64,000 nt of DNA, taken from positions 2,809 through 66,808 of the forward strand of contig JAQBQS010000016.1 of assembly GCA_028286885.1 (NCBI GenBank). The letters run 5' to 3'. The notes beneath the pieces were generated by a model. The model did no database searches and was not told the DNA's origin. It was given only the letters and a program-made list of their open reading frames with translations. Positions 8,918-18,391 of the stretch are shown here, one piece after another; the first letter of the stretch is position 1; each line of letters starts with the position of its first letter. The translations under genes were made by a program, and so were the position numbers. The DNA is from Patescibacteria group bacterium (GTDB taxonomy: Bacteria; Patescibacteriota; Minisyncoccia; Phycocordibacterales; UBA1006).

Positions 8918-8965
8918 CCACCACACCAAATTTCCTTTCCTTAAAAAGGAAATTTGGTGTGGTGG
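8918..8965. terminator. long perfect inverted repeat, probable bidirectional terminator
   Basis: CCACCACACCAAATTTCCTTTcctTAAAAAGGAAATTTGGTGTGGTGG (about 21-bp arms) between convergent genes; a second hairpin ATCCGCACAttgcTGTGCGGATtttttt at 8872-8902. Confidence 0.5.
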
Positions 8966-8980
8966 CAAGAAAAAAGCAGC

Positions 8981-9316
8981 TTAGGCTGCTTGGGGTTCGA
9001 GAAAGAGAGGTTCGAGTTCCTTGATCACTCCGCAGAAGAATTTGATTTCCGCCTTCGGAACGTCCGAAACGAATTCGGGATAGCGATTCTTGAATACCTC
9101 GTGGTTTTTCCAGAGAATGGTAATTTTGCCGTAGATGAGGTCGATGTTTTTCGGCGGAATACGTTCTTTGTGCAAGGAGACCAAAGTCTCGATTGTTTTG
9201 ATCCGTTCGCAGAAGCCCAGGTGAATAGGATGCGATCCTGATTTCGAATACGACTCCATTTTCTGGGGCAAGTTTGCGAATACGGCTGTTACAGCAATGA
9301 TATAGTCTTGATTCAT
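8981..9316 (-). CDS. hypothetical protein
   Basis: C-terminal 112 aa of the 8981-9754 ORF from MNQDYIIAVTAVF...; the upstream part overlaps the trmB-like gene in another frame. Confidence 0.3.
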   Translation of the reverse strand: MNQDYIIAVTAVFANLPQKMESYSKSGSHPIHLGFCERIKTIETLVSLHKERIPPKNIDLIYGKITILWKNHEVFKNRYPEFVSDVPKAEIKFFCGVIKELEPLFLEPQAA

Positions 9317-9392
9317 AACAGTATTATTTTGTCTTATGAGCGTACTATTCTGCTTTATTTTTGTAAAGCAAAACGCCCCCGGCGTCCTGGTC

Positions 9393-10169
9393 TTATTGCG
9401 CCTGATTCCATGCGATATCAAACAGCATGCGCATGAACATGGCGATGGATCTGTTGGTAATAATGACTGAATGAAGCCCTTTGTCCCAAACAGTAAGCGC
9501 GACATGGTCCGTCCAAACGGACATTTGCAAGTTGGAATTGAAAATCGCCTTGGGGAGGGCGCGCACTTCGCGGAATTTGATGCGCGCTTCGAGGCGTTCG
9601 TCATCAATATCTGGAAATTCAGGCAAGAGAAGTTTTGTTTTGATTTTCCGTTTGATACGAAGCTCGCGATACTCCTTGAGCCTGTCGCGCGCAACCGTAA
9701 ACCGCTCGGGGTCTCCCGACATGCGCAGTACCTCGCCGCCTTTTTCCTGATCAAGGGATTTCATGAAAACCTTAACAAATCCGTCCTCTCCTTCCAAATG
9801 CTCGATGTCGATCTTTTCGGATTCGCCGCGCAATGCAAACAGGCTGCGCAGTTCCGGCATGACGAGTTCGAGCTCGGACACCTTTTTTCTCGTTTCGAGT
9901 TCCTCATGCTCGAGGAACTTCCGTATCTTTTCAGGATTTTCGACATAGAACACGCGGCGTTTGCCGGAAGCTGTTACGCCAAGAACGCCGCGTTCAACAA
10001 GGCTTTCAACAGCAAGGTGAATAGTCGAGCGGGGGAGTTTTACGCCGCCTGCAATCGCGGCAATGCTCGAGATTCCATTTTGGAACAAGAAAAATACTGC
10101 CTGAATTTGAGCCGAGTCCATGCCGATATTCTTGAGTGACGACTTCAATTGTTTCGGTATTTCGATCAT
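9393..10169 (-). CDS. TrmB-family transcriptional regulator
   Basis: N-terminal wHTH ...QIQAVFFLFQNGISSIAAIAGGVKLPRSTIHLAVESLVERGVL... followed by a TrmB-like C-terminal domain. Confidence 0.55.
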   Translation of the reverse strand: MIEIPKQLKSSLKNIGMDSAQIQAVFFLFQNGISSIAAIAGGVKLPRSTIHLAVESLVERGVLGVTASGKRRVFYVENPEKIRKFLEHEELETRKKVSELELVMPELRSLFALRGESEKIDIEHLEGEDGFVKVFMKSLDQEKGGEVLRMSGDPERFTVARDRLKEYRELRIKRKIKTKLLLPEFPDIDDERLEARIKFREVRALPKAIFNSNLQMSVWTDHVALTVWDKGLHSVIITNRSIAMFMRMLFDIAWNQAQ

Positions 10170-10427
10170 GAAACAAGATTATCACAAGTAGTTTGAAATG
10201 ACAAATTTTTATGACACTTTGTACAAAAAACTATAAAAACCAATGAAATTGCCATTTTTACAGAAATAGGTATCAAAATTACTTGTCAAAACTATTGACT
10301 TTTGTTTGCGCGCGTGATACAATGCTTGCAGGAAGATAAGAAATAATTCTTCGAGTTCTTTCAAATCCGCGAGATTGCATCCCATTCTCGAAAGGACCGT
10401 TCCCGATATCATAACGTTTGGTGGTAT

Positions 10428-10810
10428 TTGGAACAGTCCTTTCGAGGAAATATTAATAAGCGGCAGCGACTATCTGCCAGGGTCCCCGTGCTGAAGCGAT
10501 TTGACTTCAGGGCGGGGGTAATAACTTGGAGATCCCCATCCAGGAATCAGACACTTAACGTAAGTTCCTCTGACCAACCAATCTGGCGGGCAAAAAACCA
10601 TTCTGCGGGAACAGAATGCCAACTCTATAGACAAGGTTACAACCCCTACGTTAAATGAGTTAAAGTTTTTATGTACAGAGCCGCGTTTCTCGGCTCGTCC
10701 TTCCTTCATGTTCCTAACCGGGCGCAGGGACATGAGGGGCGTGATTAGGTCACGCAAGAAGGGAAGATCTTTGCATTGCATTTGCAAAGGAAGAAAATGC
10801 GCGTAATAGG
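10428..10810. other. unassigned GC-richer noncoding region with extensive hairpin potential
   Basis: No convincing ORF (10470-10859 minus ORF looks spurious); several stems e.g. GGGAGAGGT...ACCTCTCCC (10808-10866); RNase P, tmRNA and SRP consensus elements were looked for and not found. Confidence 0.3.
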
Positions 10811-10866
10811 GAGAGGTCTGGCAAAGGGGGCCTAGAGGGTCATCCTGAGGACCGGACACCTCTCCC

Positions 10867-10906
10867 TTTCTATCAGGATCTCGAAGAAATTCGAGGTTCT
10901 GTAGAA
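10867..10906 (+). promoter_or_regulatory. repeated intergenic motif copy 1 (TATCAGGATCTCGAA-loop-TTCGAGGTTCTGTAGAAA)
   Basis: Follows the terminator-like hairpin 10808-10866; internal hairpin CTCGAA-GAAA-TTCGAG; 25 nt upstream of gene 10931. Confidence 0.5.
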
Positions 10907-10930
10907 ATTATTCTTTCAAAAAATATAAAG

Positions 10931-11305
10931 ATGTGCGCATGTAAAAGTCACGAGAATAAGAATGTGAAAATTGAAAAATTTACAATTATTCATCATTCAA
11001 AAACTTTTATTATGCAAAACATGTTAGTTGTTACAGCCGCGGTGGGCAGCTTTTTTTACGAGGGACATGATGATCCGAAGACATTTTTCCTAAGCGTAAA
11101 ACCTGGTGATTCTTCGGAAGAGCTTGTTTCTACGGTAGTGGAAAAGTTGTATCGAGTTTTTCGCCCAGAGGATCTTTCCTTCGGGAATGGCTTCGTTGGG
11201 ATAATCCACGACCTCGATCCCCAGGGCGGCCTGATTCGAGAAATCGAACAGAAGTTTAAAGAGCGTTTGGGTAGGGACGAGATCACCGTTCAGGTGAATG
11301 GGTAA
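10931..11305 (+). CDS. hypothetical protein
   Basis: 124-aa ORF directly downstream of motif copy 1. Confidence 0.35.
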   Translation: MCACKSHENKNVKIEKFTIIHHSKTFIMQNMLVVTAAVGSFFYEGHDDPKTFFLSVKPGDSSEELVSTVVEKLYRVFRPEDLSFGNGFVGIIHDLDPQGGLIREIEQKFKERLGRDEITVQVNG

Positions 11306-11334
11306 TACCAAGTATTGGCGAGAGTTTCTCGCCA

Positions 11335-11376
11335 TTTTTATCAGAGTCTTGAATTTAATTCGAGGTTCTGCAGAAA
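11335..11376 (+). promoter_or_regulatory. repeated intergenic motif copy 2 (TATCAGAGTCTTGAA-loop-TTCGAGGTTCTGCAGAAA)
   Basis: Follows hairpin GGCGAGAGTTTCTCGCC + T-run; stem CTTGAAT/ATTCGAG. Confidence 0.5.
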
Positions 11377-11476
11377 GCACATTCAAACAAAATATAAATA
11401 TACGTGCTGTTGTATCCATGCAAAATTATCTATTCAAAGAGTTGGAATAGAAAAAAACAAAACAAAATTTTGCAAG

Positions 11477-11989
11477 ATGGAAAAAACAGTATCACGACGT
11501 TGTTCGCTTAGGTATTGCAATTCCTCGGTAGTGAGCTCACTTCAAGTGATCCACTACGGTGCCAGCAGGTTTGAGTTTTCAAAGTTTAATCCCATTGCGA
11601 ACCACTTCGGTACGTATGGAATTAAACCGAGAAGCGGCGGTCTTTGGACCTCGCCGGTTAACTCAAATCATTCCTGGAGAGGTTTCTGCGAAGGTGAAGA
11701 TTTCAATCTTCATACCTTGAGTTCGTCTTTTCGCCTCTCGTTTCATGGTTGCGCCAAAATCGCAATCATTGACTCGTACGGGGACTTGGAGAACCTTCCG
11801 ATGAGGAGTTTTCCAAAGTCGATGGCTGAAACCGATGTCGATTGGGAGCTTGTTGCTCGCAATGCAGACGCGGTTTGGCTTACGGCGAAAGGCGAGACGA
11901 GGACGAGGCTTTCGGCCCCGTACTTGTTGAACGGATGGGACTGCGAAACAGTTCTCATCATGAATCCGAATTGCTTCTACCTCGTGTAG
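11477..11989 (+). CDS. hypothetical protein (start moved downstream of motif copy 2)
   Basis: ORF 11315-11989; the first ATG after the motif is at 11477 (MEKTVSRR...); no recognized domain. Confidence 0.3.
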   Translation: MEKTVSRRCSLRYCNSSVVSSLQVIHYGASRFEFSKFNPIANHFGTYGIKPRSGGLWTSPVNSNHSWRGFCEGEDFNLHTLSSSFRLSFHGCAKIAIIDSYGDLENLPMRSFPKSMAETDVDWELVARNADAVWLTAKGETRTRLSAPYLLNGWDCETVLIMNPNCFYLV

Positions 11990-12005
11990 AGCAGTTTGTA
12001 TTCAT

Positions 12006-12026
12006 AGGACAAGGAAACTTGTCCTC
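12006..12026 (+). terminator. terminator hairpin preceding motif copy 3
   Basis: AGGACAAGgaaaCTTGTCCT followed by CTTTA. Confidence 0.45.
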
Positions 12027-12066
12027 TTTATCAGGATCTTGAACACGTTCGAGGTTCTGTAGGGAA
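12024..12066 (+). promoter_or_regulatory. repeated intergenic motif copy 3 (TATCAGGATCTTGAA-loop-TTCGAGGTTCTGTAGGGA)
   Basis: Same conserved flanks as copies 1 and 2; stem CTTGAAC/GTTCGAG. Confidence 0.5.
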
Positions 12067-12094
12067 TATTTGATCACCTAAAAATAAATAACGT

Positions 12095-12301
12095 ATGATA
12101 GCTGATATTTTTGACGAACTGCTTGCAAAAATTACTCCCCAGGAAAGTTGGACGGTAAAAAAGTGGTTTATGCACCGCTACGGAGAAAAAGGCTGCATCA
12201 GGAGAACTAAGACGAGACGCATATCTCTCTTTCGTCCGAACGGCCCGAAGGCGAGGAAGAGAAAGTACCCGCAAGGCCATCATCCGGAAGATATCTTTTA
12301 G
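12095..12301 (+). CDS. small basic hypothetical protein
   Basis: 68-aa ORF downstream of motif copy 3. Confidence 0.25.
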   Translation: MIADIFDELLAKITPQESWTVKKWFMHRYGEKGCIRRTKTRRISLFRPNGPKARKRKYPQGHHPEDIF

Positions 12302-12346
12302 TTTAAGTAAACATACGCAAAGAGCGGTCTCTAAAGACCGCTCTTT

Positions 12347-13879
12347 TTATCTCGCATATTCAATCACTCTATTCTCCCGAATCACCGTTACCTTGATTTC
12401 TCCTGGATAGCGGAGCTCCTGTTCGATGCGGATCGCCATGTTGCGAGCCGTTTCGCGCGCCTGCATGTCGGTTAGGACATCGGGGCTTACGAAGACGCGG
12501 ATTTCGCGGCCGGCTTGGAGGGCGAATGATTTCTCGACGCCTGCAAACGTGTTGACGACTGATTCGAGTTCGCGCAAACGCTTCAAGTAATTCTCGAGCG
12601 TATCGCGGCGCGCGCCCGGGCGTGCGCCTGAAATCTGGTCGCAGACCTGGACGATGACGGCCTCGACGGTTTCGTGCGGCCAGTCATCGTGGTGCGATTT
12701 CATGGCGGTGATGACGCGCGGATCAACGCCGAACTTTTCCAAGATGCGGATGCCGATTTCGATATGCGTCCCTTCAACTTCATGATCCAAAGCTTTCCCG
12801 ATGTCATGGACGAGTCCGGCAATCTTGGCGACCACGGGATCAGCTCCGAGTTCTGTTGCGAGCATCTCGGCCAAATGGGCAACCTCGAGCGAGTGCTGCA
12901 GAACATTTTGTCCGTATGACGTTCGATATTTCAATCGTCCCAAGATGGCGATGACGCGCGGATCCAAGGTATAGATTCCGCATTCGTGAACGGCATCTTC
13001 GCCCGCCTTCTTGACCATCTCATTGATTTCGGATTTTGCCTTCTCGAAGAATTCTTCGATTTTTGCAGGTTGGATGCGTCCGTCCTTGATTAGGTTTTCC
13101 AAGGTTACGCGCGCAACCTGGCGGCGGATCGGATCAAATGAGGAGATAATGATTTCATCAGGCGACTCATCAATAATGAGCTCGACGCCGGTGATTCGCT
13201 CGAACGTTCGGATGTTGCGGCCTTCGCGTCCGATGATTTTTCCTTTGACATCGTCTGATTCGATTTCGACTGACGTTGTCGTCATCTCGTGAGCGGTTGA
13301 ACTCGCGAGGCGCTGGATGGAATTTACCAAGATTTCACGCGCGCGGGATTTGTATTTTTCCTCGCCTGTGATTTCAAGTTTTCGGAGCCTTACCAAGATG
13401 TCCTCCGAGTATTTCGCCTCGGCATCTGCAACGAGAAGATCGCGCGCCTCTTCTCGGGTCATGCCGGCGAGCTTGATGAAATCGGATTCCTGCTTTGCCA
13501 AGTTCTCCGTCGCCTTTTCCTTCAGGATCTGAACCTCGGCAACTTTCTTTTTCAGGTCTTCGTATTCGCGGTCGACATCTGATTGGCGGGCATCGAGCGT
13601 CTTTTCCTTGTTCACCAAAAAGTCGCGCGTTTTCTTGAACTCGGTTTCATGGTCTCGTTCGATGTGGCGGAGCTCGTCGGTTCGCGATAGGGCGCGGCGT
13701 TCAGCATCTTCGACAATGCGCGTCGCGTCTTCGCGTGCGCGGAGCATCAATTCTTTGACGTTGGTCTCGAGGCTTCGCTTCTGGAATCGTGCGACGATTT
13801 TGCGGATGAAGTATCCGAGAAACCCGCCGATGACAAGCGCCGCAAAACATGCGGCAAGGGCAATAATATAGTGGCTCAT
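12347..13879 (-). CDS. rny: ribonuclease Y
   Basis: N-terminal TM helix, long coiled-coil, KH domain (GKIIGREGRNIRTFE) and HD domain (HSLEVAHLAEML...VHDIGKA); 510 aa. Confidence 0.85.
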   Translation of the reverse strand: MSHYIIALAACFAALVIGGFLGYFIRKIVARFQKRSLETNVKELMLRAREDATRIVEDAERRALSRTDELRHIERDHETEFKKTRDFLVNKEKTLDARQSDVDREYEDLKKKVAEVQILKEKATENLAKQESDFIKLAGMTREEARDLLVADAEAKYSEDILVRLRKLEITGEEKYKSRAREILVNSIQRLASSTAHEMTTTSVEIESDDVKGKIIGREGRNIRTFERITGVELIIDESPDEIIISSFDPIRRQVARVTLENLIKDGRIQPAKIEEFFEKAKSEINEMVKKAGEDAVHECGIYTLDPRVIAILGRLKYRTSYGQNVLQHSLEVAHLAEMLATELGADPVVAKIAGLVHDIGKALDHEVEGTHIEIGIRILEKFGVDPRVITAMKSHHDDWPHETVEAVIVQVCDQISGARPGARRDTLENYLKRLRELESVVNTFAGVEKSFALQAGREIRVFVSPDVLTDMQARETARNMAIRIEQELRYPGEIKVTVIRENRVIEYAR

Positions 13880-14075
13880 AAAAATTCAAGGTCGCGCTAA
13901 GAAGTAAAAATCAAAAATAAACCAGAGAGGGAAGAAGTGCTGAATAAAAACAAAATAAGAATTTCCCTATGTTTAAAGTATCAGGAAAAACGCACTTTGT
14001 AAAGAAACTTGACGCCTGCTTGAAAGGATGATACGTTCATTCATGATAAAACTCTTTAAACCAAAATAACTAACC

Positions 14076-14495
14076 ATGAGAAAAGCCGTTAACATTTTTG
14101 CCTGGATCTTAACTACGATCATTCTTTTATCAACATTTTTCTTCGCGGTGGGAATACTTCCCGGGCCTTACGAGATCTGGTCTGTCTACGCTGCCTATGT
14201 GATCAGCTTCGGATTCTGCGTATGGGTGATCACGCGAGAAAACGTAAACGAGGTCGTTATGGTCTCGACGAGCGTTCTCTTCGTACTCCTCATCTGCACG
14301 CCATGGATTTTTCCTGCAGGCGTCCTTTTTGCCGATACTATGGATGACAGAATGACCTCGATGGCATTTTGCTACATGCCCTTCGGATGGTTCGGGATCA
14401 AGAGTCTCGCGTTCATGACGGTGCTTCCGGTAATAGTCGTAAGCATTCTTGATTCATATTGTCACGAATCGTCAAAGTCGGAGGAATTGGCATAG
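14076..14495 (+). CDS. integral membrane hypothetical protein
   Basis: 139 aa with 4 hydrophobic helices. Confidence 0.4.
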   Translation: MRKAVNIFAWILTTIILLSTFFFAVGILPGPYEIWSVYAAYVISFGFCVWVITRENVNEVVMVSTSVLFVLLICTPWIFPAGVLFADTMDDRMTSMAFCYMPFGWFGIKSLAFMTVLPVIVVSILDSYCHESSKSEELA

Positions 14496-14618
14496 CCATT
14501 AAAACAGTCCCTACGGGCTGTTTTTTATTTTGATGGAAGGCAAGTAATATTTGACATTCTAGTTTTGAAATGGTAAATTCATTTCAATATCTTTATTCTT
14601 TCATCAAACATTGAAAAC

Positions 14619-15047
14619 ATGAGAAAAGCATTTATTGCCGGCTTGATGATGTTTATGACGGCAGCGCTGATCGCCCAGAATTCATTTCCGGGAGATCTGG
14701 ACGGTATGGATACTTTACAGTATCCGGCTGCTGCGCCATCAAAGTACGTTCTTCGGATCAAGAATCTTTCTTCCAATGCGGTCTTCGCCATTGCGTTTGC
14801 CTGTACCGCCAATACATTCTATGACGGAGATACGATCGTATTGCAGGAAACATTTTTCAAGGATGCGCCGTCCGCTCAGATGAGCATTTGTCTGGAGACG
14901 GTCGAATTCACGAAAAGCTCGGTCTGCCGAAAAGTCGCCAAGGAAGACACGGCGATCATTTACACGAAATGCGTCATTTTGTCCGGAGGCACGGATCCCA
15001 AGAAGCCGTGGCGGTCATATCATTACACGCGCAACAATTCGGGCTAA
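14619..15047 (+). CDS. secreted hypothetical protein, paralog of 15965-16321
   Basis: Signal peptide; shared motifs YDGDT(I/V)V and YTK(C/M)VI(L/M)(S/R)GG with the 15965 gene. Confidence 0.4.
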   Translation: MRKAFIAGLMMFMTAALIAQNSFPGDLDGMDTLQYPAAAPSKYVLRIKNLSSNAVFAIAFACTANTFYDGDTIVLQETFFKDAPSAQMSICLETVEFTKSSVCRKVAKEDTAIIYTKCVILSGGTDPKKPWRSYHYTRNNSG

Positions 15048-15108
15048 AAGCCTTTGAAATCCCGGTTATGCCGGGATTTTTTATCGGGAAAATGCCGTAT
15101 TGGATACT

Positions 15109-15174
15109 TGACATATTATATATATTATGCTAATGTATAAGAGTATTCTTTTAATAACCGCATAAATCAAAAAA
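15109..15174 (+). promoter_or_regulatory. duplicated promoter/leader (copy 1) with TTGACA -35 and TAAT(G/A)T -10
   Basis: ttgacatattatatatattatgctaatgtataagagtattcttttaataaccgcataaa is about 85% identical to 15897-15964. Confidence 0.45.
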
Positions 15175-15810
15175 ATGAAAAAAGTAATGTTCATCGCTAC
15201 GGCGCTTATCGGCCTTTGTCTTGCATCATGCACCCAATCCCAGAAACAGGATCAAACGGCTGAAACCAAGCCCGCCTGCGACTGCAAAGAAAAGTCATGG
15301 ACACAAGACGGCATCGAATACTCGCAGGTGTGCCTCGAAAACTGCAAGTCGGAAGTCGACAAGGAGCAATTCGACACTCTTGTCAAAAACGGCGTGAGCG
15401 TATACATGCACCGCAAATGGGTCTACGGAGATACGGCTTGGGCTGCTTGGTACATTGACCAGGTGGAAGGCAAGAACGTAACCATCACGCCTCAATCCGA
15501 CCAGGATCTCAGGCGCGAACACATCAGGAATGCCCACAAGGATGGAGATCTGGTAGACGTTTCCTTTTGGGGAGATTCGCTTGCAGGCCCTAAGCACTGG
15601 AACGGAGGCTATTTCAAAATCCGCGTTTACAAGAATCGCTTCGAGATTCCGTGTGTGGACCATAACATGTATCCTGACCTGAGCGTCACGCAGATCGATG
15701 AGATGAATGCATTTCTGGCCAAGTACAGATCCCGCTTCACAGCCATGATGCAGGCCGCATCGGATCCGAAGCTGAAGGACTTCCAAGTCCTGTCGCCATT
15801 TACTCTTTAG
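15175..15810 (+). CDS. lipoprotein, hypothetical
   Basis: Lipobox LCLASC after a signal peptide; 211 aa. Confidence 0.45.
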   Translation: MKKVMFIATALIGLCLASCTQSQKQDQTAETKPACDCKEKSWTQDGIEYSQVCLENCKSEVDKEQFDTLVKNGVSVYMHRKWVYGDTAWAAWYIDQVEGKNVTITPQSDQDLRREHIRNAHKDGDLVDVSFWGDSLAGPKHWNGGYFKIRVYKNRFEIPCVDHNMYPDLSVTQIDEMNAFLAKYRSRFTAMMQAASDPKLKDFQVLSPFTL

Positions 15811-15896
15811 AGAGAATCACATTCCTTTAAAGAAAACCCTTCCAATAAATGGAAGGGTTTTTTATTTTTACACGAAAAAAATAGAGATGGATATAA

Positions 15897-15964
15897 TTTG
15901 ACAATTAACATATATTATGCTAATATAAGAACATATTCTTTTAATAACCACATAAACAAACCAA
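15897..15964 (+). promoter_or_regulatory. duplicated promoter/leader (copy 2)
   Basis: ttgacaattaacatatattatgctaatataagaacatattcttttaataaccacataaa. Confidence 0.45.
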
Positions 15965-16321
15965 ATGAGAAAAGTATTTTTCGCAATCGCAATAATCTCG
16001 GCATTGTTTCTCTCAAGCTGCAATTCCAATGATACGCACAACATGATTCGAGTGATGAACTTAAAAGATCTCGCCGATAAGGAAAATCCCTTGGTATCGC
16101 TCCAGCTCAAATCCGATGCACGGCCCCACTATGATGGAGATACTGTCGTAGTCGGCCAAACGATGTCAGGATTCAGCCTTAACTGCTTCATCGAGACCAA
16201 GCCCGTTGTATTTCCGAAAGGAAAGATGGAAGTACAAGAAGACCAGCTGGTCAGCATGATAACGTATACGAAGATGGTTATCATGAGAGGCGGTGACAAA
16301 ATGCCTTCCGTAAATCTCTAG
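15965..16321 (+). CDS. lipoprotein, paralog of 14619-15047
   Basis: Lipobox FLSSC; shared YDGDTVV and YTKMVIMRGG motifs. Confidence 0.45.
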   Translation: MRKVFFAIAIISALFLSSCNSNDTHNMIRVMNLKDLADKENPLVSLQLKSDARPHYDGDTVVVGQTMSGFSLNCFIETKPVVFPKGKMEVQEDQLVSMITYTKMVIMRGGDKMPSVNL

Positions 16322-16407
16322 TTTGCAAATTATGCAAACGCAAAATCCGAATTCATTTTATGAATTCGGATTTTTTCTTGGCACCTATTTTTAAAAACGC
16401 GCCAAGA

Positions 16408-16989
16408 TTACCGCTTCGTAATCACCTTGTCGGCGATGCCGTACTTTACGGCTTCTTCGCCGTGCATCCAGTAGTTGCGGTCGGCATCTTTTTCGATCTG
16501 CGCCAAGGTCTTGCCTGTATTCTTGGCAAGCATCTTGTAGAGCATCGCCTTGTTTTTCAAGATATGTTCTGCGACGATCGCGATGTCGGACGCCTGGCCC
16601 TCGGTTCCGCCGAGCGGCTGATGGATCATGACTTCGGAGTGGGGAAGGACGAATCGTTTTCCTTTCGCTCCTTCCGACAAGATCATTGCGCCCATGCTCG
16701 CCGCCATGCCGACGCAGATCGTCGAGACGTCGCATTTCAAAAAGTTCATCGTGTCGATGATCGCCATTCCTGCGGTGATGACGCCGCCCGGAGAATTGAT
16801 ATAGAGCGTGATGTCTTTCTTGCTATCGTCGTTTTCAAGGAAGATAAGCTGCGCGATGATGATGTTGGCAATCTCGTCGTCGATCGGACCCGCGAGGAAG
16901 ATAATGCGCTCTTTCAGGAGGCGCGAATAGATATCGTATGCGCGCTCGCCTTGGGATGTTTTTTCGAGGACGGTTGGGATTAAATATGA
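16408..16989 (-). CDS. clpP: ATP-dependent Clp protease proteolytic subunit
   Basis: [33 protein letters not shown]...[12 protein letters not shown]...HSEVMIHQP catalytic Ser/His context; start set at MSYLIP. Confidence 0.85.
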   Translation of the reverse strand, partial: SYLIPTVLEKTSQGERAYDIYSRLLKERIIFLAGPIDDEIANIIIAQLIFLENDDSKKDITLYINSPGGVITAGMAIIDTMNFLKCDVSTICVGMAASMGAMILSEGAKGKRFVLPHSEVMIHQPLGGTEGQASDIAIVAEHILKNKAMLYKMLAKNTGKTLAQIEKDADRNYWMHGEEAVKYGIADKVITKR

Positions 16990-17184
16990 CATAGGAATAT
17001 TAGAAATTAGGTTAAGTTCGGATTCCTCCCCTGCGAAGGGGAGGTGCCCGTAGGGCGGAGGGGTATGTTCGGATGTGTCTGAGAATCTGAAAAACCCGCT
17101 ATGACTATAGCACAAAAAGAAGGCCTCGACTGAATTCTTGACATATTTATACATCTCTGATAATATGGATCCCCGACGTTCTTT

Positions 17185-17754
17185 TTGAAAACCGCATCAC
17201 CCAATTTGATTTTTAAACCAAACCAACATATCCAAATGGAAGAAACCAAGCCAACAGCAACGGGGAAATCCCCAAAAGCAACCGTCTTGATCGTGATCCA
17301 CGATCATAACTGCCACAAGCCGAGCAAGAAGCTCTTTGGCGAAGCGGTCGAATTCCTGATCGAAAGGTCGGATGCCGACATCGCGTTCACGACGAATGCA
17401 TACGATCACCACGAACTGGTACTCTCAATCACTCCGGAAGGTTCTACCGAAGGCGCCATGCCTGCGGCCGGAATATTCCAGGAAATCGGAGCGGAGCTCA
17501 GATGGATGGGACGGAGCGACCGCGGCGACGCGCATCTCCTCGACTTCAAGCGTGTTCGCGAACCGCACGTCGCATCAAAGACAAGCCTCGAGTTCAATGC
17601 CCTCAAGCATGCCAGATCGATACGCAACTGCGTGCCCGGCATCATGAAGATCGCCGAACTCAAGTATCAGACTATGAAACTCAACAGCGGCGGAATCCCG
17701 CACATGGTCGTGACCGTGCCTGCTGACAAGAAAGTATTGGAGCTTGTCGAGTAA
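17185..17754 (+). CDS. hypothetical protein
   Basis: 189-aa ORF preceded by a TTGACA-17-TAATAT promoter-like sequence at about 17139-17168; alternative start MEETK at 17236. Confidence 0.3.
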   Translation: MKTASPNLIFKPNQHIQMEETKPTATGKSPKATVLIVIHDHNCHKPSKKLFGEAVEFLIERSDADIAFTTNAYDHHELVLSITPEGSTEGAMPAAGIFQEIGAELRWMGRSDRGDAHLLDFKRVREPHVASKTSLEFNALKHARSIRNCVPGIMKIAELKYQTMKLNSGGIPHMVVTVPADKKVLELVE

Positions 17755-17842
17755 CGAAAGTTCAAATCCCAATCAGAGCGTCTCTTAGGAGGCGCTTTTT
17801 ATCTTGACAAAATCCATTTTCGTGATAAACTTTTCGCAAATA

Positions 17843-18391
17843 AAATTACAAATGAATAAACATCTAAAAGCAGCATTTCAACTTTTTGTGCTCTTAGCCG
17901 CTGCGACATGGGTTATTACAATACTCATTGGGGCATATGTGGACCTGTTAAACACCATCAAAGCTGTCTTTCTTATCGCCCTTTCTCGATTCCTCATCCC
18001 GTACGTTGTGGCAATTGCGTTAATAATATTTTCTAAATGGATTTCGGAGAAGAATCAAGAAAAAATTTATACTGTTGCAACAACGCCGGTGATCGTGGTG
18101 CTGATAACCGCTTATCAGCGGGATCTATTTCGGAATCGCATCGGGCATAGCCTTTGCGCTCTCGTTATTTTTTCTCTACGGCATTCCGTATTGCAAAAAG
18201 ATATTTCAGAAAACATAATCGCACATCAAAACGCACCTCGTCAGGTGCGTTTTTTATTTTACCTATTTCAATCCTTCCAAGTATTCAAATGCTTTTGCGT
18301 TCGTCAGAATCTGCGTGACATAGGCGCGTACGCGTTCTTCGGAAACATCCTGCGCGTCCTTGTACATCTCGAGAATCTTCGCAGTCTCTGA
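17843..18391 (+). CDS. possible small membrane protein; 3' part likely not translated (overlaps tig and a terminator)
   Basis: N-terminal hydrophobic helices; the ORF runs through the bidirectional terminator at 18228-18258 and into tig on the opposite strand. Confidence 0.2.
   Translation, partial: KLQMNKHLKAAFQLFVLLAAATWVITILIGAYVDLLNTIKAVFLIALSRFLIPYVVAIALIIFSKWISEKNQEKIYTVATTPVIVVLITAYQRDLFRNRIGHSLCALVIFSLRHSVLQKDISENIIAHQNAPRQVRFLFYLFQSFQVFKCFCVRQNLRDIGAYAFFGNILRVLVHLENLRSL

Noticed and set aside
10470-10859. 129-aa minus-strand ORF across the noncoding region upstream of the repeated cassette
   Set aside because: Low-complexity translation with no start context. The region is better explained as structured noncoding DNA or RNA.
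10428-10870. Possible RNase P RNA, tmRNA or SRP RNA
   Set aside because: Both strands were inspected. The universally conserved cores (GGAAAGUCCGG...ACAGAANCCGGCUUA; tRNA-like T-arm with ACCA and a tag ORF; GGAAGCAGCC tetraloop helix) are absent.
12674-13871. Several 70-93-aa ORFs inside rny on both strands
   Set aside because: They are nested within the well-supported RNase Y gene.
16360-16983. 207-aa plus-strand ORF
   Set aside because: Entirely antisense to clpP, whose catalytic motifs are unambiguous.
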